Assembly: GCF_001194135.2 (NCBI RefSeq) | Contig: NC_068984.1 | Span: forward strand, 121,596,002 to 121,630,932 | DNA from: Octopus bimaculoides | Lineage: Eukaryota | Direction: 5' to 3' | Length of the DNA stretch: 34,931 nucleotides | Part shown: piece by piece, positions 22,197 through 31,399 of the stretch | How the letters are laid out: each line of letters starts with the position of its first letter | Numbering within the stretch: the first letter of the stretch is position 1 | Made by a program: the position numbers and the translations under genes | The notes under the pieces: model-generated | The model's database searches: none | What the model saw: only the letters and a program-made list of their open reading frames with translations | What the model was told of the DNA's origin: nothing

Positions 22197-22372
22197 ATAC
22201 AAATATGATGATAATTTATTTTCAAATGCATAAATGCTGATAGAACAGCAGAGATTGGATAACCATAGCTGGTTGTTGACAAATTTTCCCGCTTTGTATG
22301 GTTATTTTATGCAATGTCTGCTGTTCTATCAGTGTTTATGCATTTGAAAATAATTTATCATCTTATTTGTAT
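22197..22372. repeat. Long inverted repeat (foldback): 56-bp outer arms plus 9-bp inner stem
   Basis: 22197-22252 pairs with 22317-22372 with four non-Watson-Crick positions, two of which are G:T. 22259-22267 (ataaccata) pairs perfectly with 22297-22305 (tatggttat). Confidence 0.9.
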
Positions 22373-22462
22373 TACACTATAAATTTATGCATAAAAAAAA
22401 ATGAACAATAAAATTGATAAAACAAGGACTTTCCATGGGTATTATTAGTCTGCAATAAAATA

Positions 22463-22680
22463 ATGGTTTCAAAGTTTTGGTACAAGGCCTGCAAGTTCAG
22501 GGGAGGGGGTTAGTCACTTACATTGATCACAGTGCTTAACTGGTATTTATTTTATTGAACCTGAAAACATGAAAGGCAAAGTTGATCTTGGCAGAATTTG
22601 AAGTTAGAATGTAAAGACAGATGAAATGCCACTAAGCAATTTGCCCAGCATGCTAATGATTCTGCCAGCATGCTGCCTTA
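22463..22680 (-). mobile_element. SINE family B, near full length
   Basis: tggtttcaaagttttggtacaaggcc...gaaaggcaaagttgatcttggcagaatttgaag...ctaatgattctgccagcatgctgcctta. Confidence 0.85.
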
Positions 22681-23389
22681 ATTTATAATAAAAATATTAG
22701 CAGCTAATTCATAATTTGATACATGGGTTTTGTTTTATTCTTTGTAAACAATGAACCAAGTTGAGATACCTCGTTACATGGAACATTGGTAGAATAGTCT
22801 GTATTGCTTGTACTATGCGGCTGACAAATTATCCTGTGGGTAATAATTCAGTTAGAACAGTAGAAAAAAAAAGTACTTATAATAGTTACTTAAGAAGAAA
22901 GAGGTGAGTTGCCTGGCAAGCAATAGCTATGTGGTTTAAATTCCTTTAGTATCTCTGTTGTTCTGTTGCTCTTTGCTTTCTCAAATATCTGTTTATAATG
23001 TCTAATTTGGTTAATAACAATGTTTTCTGCATTTAGCATCAGGTCAGAGATAAAAAAAAGAAAAGAAAAGAAAAAAGAAACCAACACAAAGGCATTATGA
23101 AAAAAATAAAAATAGTAATGACAAAGAAAGTGAGATGTTGAATGACAACTGAGATGAGGAAAAGGTTGGTTATTAAATACATCAGCTGATATAGGTAGGA
23201 GAGATGACTAACTAGCAATATAGACATGTGATCTGAATAGATGATGAATGCTGGACGGTTAGACATCATGCACTGACTGGGAAAAGTTCACAGGAGAAGA
23301 TGACAAAGAAAGATATGGGAAGAAGTTCTGTAGTCAGATGTTTGATTGTAAGTGTTTCTGATTGAGAATGATAGAGCAGGGCATAGGAG

Positions 23390-23650
23390 GAAGTGGTGTG
23401 GTTAGCTTTCAAGATGTTGATGTATGTAGTGGAAACTGGTAGAATGAAATATGGGAGATGGTGATGTTAGATCTCAGGCTGTTGGTGTTTCTGGTAGAGA
23501 ATGACAGAGTAAAATATGAGAGGTAGTGAGACTAGATCTCTGGACATTGATGTTTGTAGTTGGGAATGGTGGAATAAAGTATGTGAGGCAGTGGGGTTAG
23601 ATCTCAAGTTCTTGGTGTTTCCAGCAGAAAATGACTGATAAAAATGTGAG
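23390..23650. repeat. Degenerate minisatellite, period about 65 bp, 3-4 units
   Basis: tagatctc recurs at 23468, 23533 and 23598 (65-bp spacing), each followed by tg(g/a)tgttt. A weaker unit lies near 23402. Confidence 0.75.
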
Positions 23651-23703
23651 AAGCATAGTTCCCACTGAACAAGGTACAAGAAATTTGTCTTGCTCCAGTT
23701 TAA

Positions 23704-24201
23704 CCCTTTAAACTTAGACTACTTTGTCAAATGTAATGCTTATTTATTCACATTCATCATCATCATCATTTAACGTCCGCTTTCCATGCTAGCATGGGTT
23801 GGACGATTTGACTGAGAACTGGTGAACCAGATGGCTGCACCAGGCTCCAGTCTGATTTGGTAGAGTTTCTATAGCTGGATGCCCTTCATAACGCCAACCA
23901 CTCCGAGAGTGTAGTGGGTGCTTTTACGTACCACCGGCACGAAGGCCAGTCAGGAGGTACTGGCAACGGCCACGCTCGAAATGGTGTATTTTACAAGCCA
24001 CCTGCACAGGAGCCAGTCCAGAGGTACTGGCAACGAACTCGCTCTAATCATGCATTGATTTGTAGCACTGAGATTTCAATAATATGACTTTATTTTCAAA
24101 ATGACATTGTAGAGTAGGTACAAGAAACCAGATCTGGCCAGTTTGAACATAAAATAGGAAGAATTTGGGGGCAGGTTATGATTGGTTTAAATACTAAATG
24201 G
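23704..24201. mobile_element. piggyBac-like MITE carrying a nested RTE fragment
   Basis: Left end ttaa|ccctttaaac; right end atactaaatgg|ttga. The body matches the reverse complement of 20320-20489. Confidence 0.65.
23755..24045 (-). mobile_element. RTE 3'-UTR fragment (family C) inserted in the MITE
   Basis: catcatcatcatcatttaacgtccgctttccatgctagcatgggttggacgatttgactgag... Confidence 0.9.
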
Positions 24202-24697
24202 TTGACCCTTTCTCATTATTACTTCTTCAAGAAAAAACCCAACCCAAAACATTAGGTTCAATATGTACTTCATCTCACAATGCACCAACATACATCTCTT
24301 TTGTTTTAATTTCCAGATTGTGAACCATAACCAGCCTACCATTTCTCATTGATAAACGTTATGCTCCTCCCTCAGCATGGCTCTATTGGCTGAGAGGGAA
24401 ATTGTTCCAATCATATATAATTTCCTATTTAAACTTATCCATTGATACAAGCATGAATAATTGAAAGCAGAGCAATAAGGAAATGAAAAGAAAAGGTATC
24501 AGAGAGGCGATTCATACCCTGCAAACATAAATTTTTTTCACAAGTTATAGTGTGGCTTGCAATGCATTGCTTACCTATGTTTTTTAATTGAACTGAATTA
24601 ATTTTTGTTTTTGAAGTCTCACCATTATAGGTATTTATACTCTGGTTGAAATTACGAAATCAACTCATAAATAAATGAAACCCTTGAATCCATGACT

Positions 24698-24737
<40 letters not shown>

Positions 24738-24770
24738 GCAGTCGCATATCTATGTATGTATTTATCAAAG

Positions 24771-25070
24771 CTGGGCACCGTTAATCAAAAAGTCAACTTT
24801 GCTAACTGTTAATCTGTTAACCAAAAAGTTAACTTCGATAACCATTAATCAGTTCATTATTTCCTAATGTAACAGAAGTTATCAATAAACTGTTCACGTT
24901 AATTTTTATTATAGAAAAAAAAAAAAAAACCCCCAGTTTTTTCTCTAAAACCACCTACAAACACCTTTAAAATGTGCCAAAACTACAAAATCTGTTAATT
25001 TCAATTGAATTGAAGGTAATGGAAGTTAACTCAAGTTGACTTAAGTTAATGGAAGTTAAATGAACATAAT
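24771..25070. mobile_element. Possible hAT-type element end with gttaa(c) subterminal repeats
   Basis: Starts aaagctgggcaccgttaa and contains many gttaa/gttaac motifs. The other end was not found and a gap follows. Confidence 0.35.
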
Positions 25071-25957
25071 GTACATAATTCCTCATCTCTTAAATATAGA
25101 ACTGTATTACCCAGTACTTTTTTTTTAAACCTGGTACATATTTTATGGGTCCCTTNNNNNNNNNNNNNNNNNNNNNNNNNNNNNNNNNNNNNNNNNNNNN
25201 NNNNNNNNNNNNNNNNNNNNNNNNNNNNNNNNNNNNNNNNNNNNNNNNNNNNNNNNNNNNNNNNNNNNNNNNNNNNNNNNNNNNNNNNNNNNNNNNNNNN
25301 NNNNNNNNNNNNNNNNNNNNNNNNNNNNNNNNNNNNNNNNNNNNNNNNNNNNNNNNNNNNNNNNNNNNNNNNNNNNNNNNNNNNNNNNNNNNNNNNNNNN
25401 NNNNNNNNNNNNNNNNNNNNNNNNNNNNNNNNNNNNNNNNNNNNNNNNNNNNNNNNNNNNNNNNNNNNNNNNNNNNNNNNNNNNNNNNNNNNNNNNNNNN
25501 NNNNNNNNNNNNNNNNNNNNNNNNNNNNNNNNNNNNNNNNNNNNNNNNNNNNNNNNNNNNNNNNNNNNNNNNNNNNNNNNNNNNNNNNNNNNNNNNNNNN
25601 NNNNNNNNNNNNNNNNNNNNNNNNNNNNNNNNNNNNNNNNNNNNNNNNNNNNNNNNNNNNNNNNNNNNNNNNNNNNNNNNNNNNNNNNNNNNNNNNNNNN
25701 NNNNNNNNNNNNNNNNNNNNNNNNNNNNNNNNNNNNNNNNNNNNNNNNNNNNNNNNNNNNNNNNNNNNNNNNNNNNNNNNNNNNNNNNNNNNNNNNNNNN
25801 NNNNNNNNNNNNNNNNNNNNNNNNNNNNNNNNNNNNNNNNNNNNNNNNNNNNNNNNNNNNNNNNNNNNNNNNNNNNNNNNNNNNNNNNNNNNNNNNNNNN
25901 NNNNNNNNNNNNNNNNNNNNNNNNNNNNNNNNNNNNNNNNNNNNNNNNNNNNNNNNN

Positions 25958-26002
<45 letters not shown>

Positions 26003-26059
26003 AAGTTGTTTACTGTCAACTTAATGAGACAGACCCATTAAGGGAATCATACTGCTGCT

Positions 26060-26212
26060 AACACACACATGGTTTCTTTCAGTTTCTATCTACTTCAGTC
26101 AGCCCGAGACTATAGTAGAAGACACTTCCCCAAGGTAACATGCAGTTGGACTGAATTCAGAACCATGTGACCAGGAAGCAAACTTCTTACCACACAGCCA
26201 CACCTATGCCTT
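26060..26212 (-). mobile_element. SINE family A, 5' part
   Basis: ttctttcagtttctatctac...ctatagtagaagacacttccccaagg...gactgaattcagaaccatgtg...cttaccacacagccacacc. Confidence 0.85.
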
Positions 26213-26365
26213 ATCTCAAGAATTTTTCCCTGCCGTGACTTAATAGGGTGTGTATAGATAATGTACAGGCCACCTGGTAATATACATAAAAATATGACAG
26301 TATCATTAAGTATCACACAACCCTCTGAATGGTGAAAGCTGTTTTCATTGATATGGGCATTAGAT

Positions 26366-26372
26366 GCACACA

Positions 26373-26470
<98 letters not shown>

Positions 26471-26482
26471 CACATACACACA
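26366..26482. repeat. (CA)n microsatellite
   Basis: Directly visible. Confidence 0.97.
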
Positions 26483-26861
26483 CATTTACATTCATACAGA
26501 TTCATAGATTCACAGTTACACCCACCACTTATAATATAAAATTCTGTTTTTTTTTTATGTAATTTGGTGTTTTTTTGTAAATATGACAAACCACATTGGT
26601 AAATATCATGGCTAACAAATCAATGAATCAATAATTAATTAATTAATCAATTAGTTAAATAATTAGTTAACTAATTAACATTAATAATGCAATCTATAAC
26701 CAGTTGTGTGTTTTCATTAGCACAACATTTGTTTGAAAGTTTCATATCAAGAATCCTATGAGTCACAAAAAAAAACAGCATGTATATGTGCAAGTGTGAA
26801 TGTGTGTGTGTGTGTGTATTATGTGTGTATGTATGCATGCATGTATGCACTGGAACATAGA

Positions 26862-27298
26862 AATACTCAGGCTGGTGCCTGAAGGCAGAGTTAGCCCACT
26901 GGAAATGAAAGATCCCAGGTCTTTGTCAGGGCATCTCTTTAGGAGAAGGCTAGGGTAAAGAGTAAAGACCCCCTTTGGTTATGAATGACAATGAAATTGC
27001 ACTTAGAAAGTTACCCTCCGAAGCACAAGTCTGGGCAAGATTGTTTATGGAAGATCAAGTCACCCATGCATACCAACCTTGCCTCTGCACACCACCAATG
27101 TTATCCAATGGAAAGGCAAAAGCTGATACAGCTTGGCACCAGTGATGTTGCAACTCATTTCCACAGCTGAGTGAACTGGAGCAACATGAAATAAAGTGTC
27201 TTGCTCAAGAACACAACACACAACCCGGTCTAGGAATCAAACTCACTACCTCATAATTGTGAACCCGACACTCTAGCCATTGAGCCATGCATTTTCAC
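26862..27298 (-). mobile_element. tRNA-derived SINE family E with CORE/V-like block
   Basis: The reverse complement starts gtgaaaatgcatggctcaatggctagagtg...gagtttgattcctagaccggg...ttcttgagcaagacactttatttcatgttgctccagttcactcagctg. Confidence 0.75.
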
Positions 27299-27660
27299 AG
27301 GAGAAAGGCTAACTTGTATATAAAGCCTGTTGCTCTACTGAGCCAGATATCTTGCACTTGGTATTGCTAGTGAGAGTCACTGTGGTGTCATGCAAGCAAC
27401 ACTCAACTTAAAACTCTTGTATGGGCATTGCTGACACACTATCAGCAATGGTCATGTTTGTCTAACGAGTAGAGAAGTATCATATACAGATGAATTATGT
27501 AGCTCGAGATGTACTATATCTGAAAAAAAAAAAGAAAAATAAACAGGATGGTCACAACTGGAATACTTTATCATAGGTCTGAATGGATGTAGACTAAATT
27601 AGGATTGATCAATACTGATTGAGTTATTGGGACAAGTCAGTAGATCTAAAAGTAATGAAA

Positions 27661-27863
27661 TATTTTCTTTTCTACTCTAGGCACAAGGCCCGAAATTTTT
27701 TGGGTGGGAGGGGGCCAGTCGATTATATCGACCCCAGTACACAACTGGTATTTGATTTATCGACCCCGAAAGGATAAATGGCAAAGTCGACCTCAGTGGA
27801 ATTTGAACTCAGAACATAAAGACAAACGAAATACTGCCAAGCATTTTGCCCGGCATGCTAATG
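27661..27863 (-). mobile_element. SINE family B (tail type 1), interrupted at its head
   Basis: tttctactctaggcacaaggcccgaaat...gtcgattatatcgaccccagt...gcattttgcccggcatgctaatg. Confidence 0.9.
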
Positions 27864-28081
27864 TTTCTTATTTCTTTATTGCCCACAAGGGGCTAAACAT
27901 AGAGGGGACAAACAAGGACAGACAAAGGGATTAAGTCGATTAGATCGACCCCAGTGCGTAACTGGTACTTAATTTATCGACCCCGAAAGGATGAAAGGCA
28001 AAGTCGACCTCAGCGGAATTTGAACTCAGAACGTAACGGCAGACGAAATACCGCAAAGACTTTCCCCCAGCTTGCCACCTT
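27864..28081 (-). mobile_element. SINE family B (tail type 2), inserted into or fused to the preceding copy
   Basis: The tail tttcttatttctttattgcccacaaggggctaaacatagagggg joins the same B core (gtcgattagatcgaccccagt...gtcgacctcagcggaatttgaactcagaacg). Confidence 0.88.
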
Positions 28082-29080
28082 AGTAATGAAATATTTTTTA
28101 AATGTGAGGACTATCTCCCTCTCTCTCTCTTTCTCTCTCTCTATTTCTTTCTCTCTGTATTTTCTCTCTCTCTTATTTTATCTCTGCTCATAACATATAT
28201 ATGTGTGTATGTGTGACACAGAATGGCCAACTGGTTTGGAACTTCATTGTACAATTGCCACATTCCACAGCCTTGGCTTGCATGGGAATAATGGTCAGGC
28301 AATTTCAAGGAAACACTCTACATCCTTGTTCAATTTTCTCTAGAGACTCCTGGTTCACACAACTGTGCTTCTCAGTATAACCTAGAGCTTTCTTAAAGTA
28401 TGCACCCATTTAACCAGGACACACAGTTGTTATTTTGGTCTTAGTGAGAAATGCACATATTGTCATGGCCAGACGGAGCCCTTAATGAGAAAACTGAGCT
28501 CTACTTTTGCTAGCACAAGTATTAATACTAGCAATTAATACTATCTCATAAGTTTGTACTTCACATATATCAAGCCTCTGCTACTTTTCATTACATGAAA
28601 TATGAGCTATTTTCCAACAACAGGACTAATTGCATGTTTTTAACTGTAAATATTTTCCATAAACCTTTATTGACACTTGAATAAGCATTCCATATTTTTC
28701 CTAAAACTTTACTCTTAATACTAGAATCTCTTACCAGAACAAAAAAGACTACTTTTGTATGCTTCTCCATTAGTGGCCAGCGACCAATCCCACCTAGGTT
28801 TCAGTGTGCAGTAATCCTATTTAGTAGCATTTAGCAGTCAATATCAGTGAACATCCGTTAGCAGACATTACCAATCAACAACTTCAAATCCCACCAAATA
28901 ACCTGAACCAACCAATAAGAAGAAACCTTATTCATCACTCAATGACAACCACCCTTGTCTAGAAGCTTTGAAATCTTTGTTACTCAGAAATAGAATGATT
29001 GGGAATGTTTTTCTTATTTCTGTGACTGCTCTTTCATCTGTGTGTCTGTGTGAGTGTGTATACATACATATATATATATA

Positions 29081-29905
29081 TCATCATCATCATCATCATC
29101 ATCGTTTAACGTCCGCTTTCCATGCTAACATGGGTTGGACGATTTGAGTGAGGACTGGTGAAACCGGATGGCAACACCAGGCTCCAATCTAATTTGGCAG
29201 AGTTTCTACAGCTGGATGCCCTTCCTAACGCCAATCACTCAGAGAGTGTAGTGGGTGCTTTTACGTGTCACCCGCACGAAAACGGCCACGCTCGAAATGG
29301 TGTCTTTTATGTGCCACCCGCACAAGAGCCAGTCCAGGGGCACTGGCAACGATCTCGCTCGAAAACCCTACAAGGCCAGTCAGGCGGTACTGGCNNNNNN
29401 NNNNNNNNNNNNNNNNNNNNNNNNNNNNNNNNNNNNNNNNNNNNNNNNNNNNNNNNNNNNNNNNNNNNNNNNNNNNNNNNNNNNNNNNNNNNNNNNNNNN
29501 NNNNNNNNNNNNNNNNNNNNNNNNNNNNNNNNNNNNNNNNNNNNNNNNNNNNNNNNNNNNGTGGCACTTTTTCACGCAGCTATCCTCATTCATTCTCACC
29601 ACATGTCCAAACCAGCGCAATCGTCTCTCTTGCACACCATAACTGATGCTCCTTATGTTCAGCTTTTCTCTCAAGATACTTACACTCTGACGGGTATGCA
29701 CATTGACATTACACATCCAGCAGAGCATACTGGCTTCATTCCTTGCGTGCTTATGCATGTCCTCAGCAGTCACAGCCCATGTTTCACTGCCATGTAGTAT
29801 GGCTGTTCGTACACATGCGTCATACAGTCTGCCTTTTACTCTGAGTGAGAGTCCCTTTGTCACCAGCAGAGGTAAGAGCTCTCTAAACTTTGCCCAGGCT
29901 ATTAT
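29081..29905 (-). mobile_element. Young 5'-truncated RTE LINE: ORF C-terminus, 3'UTR and (ATG)n tail (gap inside)
   Basis: Minus ORF reads AWAKFRELLPLLVTKGLSLRVKGRLYDACVRTAILHGSETWA...RRLRWFGHVVRM, with no stops in the sequenced part. Confidence 0.93.
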
Positions 29906-30123
29906 CCCAATAAAACAAAGAACAAACACAAGAAAAAACAACAATGCAAGGACGTGGTACATACAAAGTATTAGCAGATGCTCAGGGAAGGAAAGAAAGG
30001 TAGTTTTTACATTTCAAGCAAAGCTCTTCGTCAGAAACTGGAGACAGAGAAAAGTCCAAGAGAAAAGGAAGACAGAGGAAAAGAATCGCCAACCATCCAC
30101 ATGTCGTTACATTTTGATGTATG

Positions 30124-30159
<36 letters not shown>

Positions 30160-30162
<3 letters not shown>

Positions 30163-31007
30163 TCATCATCATCATCATCGTTTAACGTCCGCTATCCATG
30201 CTAGCATGGGTTGGACGATTTGACTGAGGACTGGTGAAACCGGATGGCAACACCAGGCTCCAGTCTAANNNNNNNNNNNNNNNNNNNNNNNNNNNNNNNN
30301 NNNNNNNNNNNNNNNNNNNNNNNNNNNNNNNNNNNNNNNNNNNNNNNNNNNNNNNNNNNNNNNNNNNNNNNNNNNNNNNNNNNNNNNNNNNNNNNNNNNN
30401 NNNNNNNNNNNNNNNNNNNNNNNNNNNNNNNNNNNNNNNNNNNNNNNNNNNNNNNNNNNNNNNNNNNNNNNNNNNNNNNNNNNNNNNNNNNNNNNNNNNN
30501 NNNNNNNNNNNNNNNNNNNNNNNNNNNNNNNNNNNNNNNNNNNNNNNNNNNNNNNNNNNNNNNNNNNNNNNNNNNNNNNNNNNNNNNNNNNNNNNNNNNN
30601 NNNNNNNNNNNNNNNNNNNNNNNNNNNNNNNNNNNNNNNNNNNNNNNNNNNNNNNNNNNNNNNNNNNNNNNNNNNNNNNNNNNNNNNNNNNNAGGGGCCC
30701 TGGCAACGATCTTACTCGGCTTGCCGGGTCTTCTCACGCACAGCACATTTCCAAAGGTCTCGGTCAGTAGTCATCGCCTCGGTGAGGCCCAATGTACGAA
30801 GGTCTTGCCTCACCACCTCAGCCCAGGTCTTCCTGGGCCTACCTCTTCCACGGGTTCCCTCAACTGTTAGGGAGTGGCACTTTTTCACGCAGCTATCCTC
30901 ATCCATTCTCACCACATGTCCATACCAGCGCAATCGTCTCTCTTGCACGGCACAACTGATGCTTCTTATGTTCAGCTTTTCTCTCAAGATACTTACACTC
31001 TGACGGG
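30160..31007 (-). mobile_element. Second young 5'-truncated RTE LINE copy (gap inside)
   Basis: Minus ORF reads TRQSVSILREKLNIRSISCAVQERRLRWYGHVVRM...GRGRPRKTWAEVVRQDL. It is near-identical to the 29081 copy where both are sequenced, and flanked by (TA)n on both sides. Confidence 0.93.
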
Positions 31008-31399
31008 TATATATATATATACATATATACACTCACACAGAAAGATGAGAGATACATGTACATTTGTGTATGGTGTATGTGTGTGCATGTATACAAGCAA
31101 AAAAAAAAAGACCACTTATTACATCAAGTAGAAATATATTTGTGCGCAGTTGGTCACTTATGCTCATTACTTAGAATTTCATGTGCATTAAAACATGTGT
31201 CCGATGCATCAAATGTCCTTTATTTATAAGGACATTAGTGTTGAAGTGCAGACATTTATTAGTCATTGGTATGGTGACAATTGTCAGTGACAGCTTGTGT
31301 GAGATATTGCAAATCATTATGAGAATGTAACATGCTAGTAGGAAAGCAACACAGTCAAAATAAGCTTTTGTCCTCAAGTGAGTAAACTGTTGATATTGT

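Larger units (their letters stand above)
2794..30692. other. Eight assembly gaps: 2794-3503, 6618-6627, 14303-14617, 15919-15988, 17322-17622, 25156-25957, 29395-29560, 30269-30692
   Basis: Runs of N, nearly all abutting microsatellites or young repeats. Confidence 0.99.

Noticed and set aside
22885-22910. Perfect donor gag|gtgagt
   Set aside because: The upstream acceptors are weak and A-rich, giving only 9-18 nt. This is not distinguishable from chance.
23390-23650. Regularly spaced repeats as a possible CRISPR-like array
   Set aside because: The context is eukaryotic, the whole unit is repeated degenerately with no unique spacers, and there are no cas genes.
24297-24340. Strong plus-strand acceptor ttttgttttaatttccag
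   Set aside because: All three frames stop within 12 codons and no donor follows. It could only be a terminal or UTR exon, which cannot be tested here.
2557-30870. Long ORFs made mostly of X
   Set aside because: They span N gaps and are not evidence of coding sequence.
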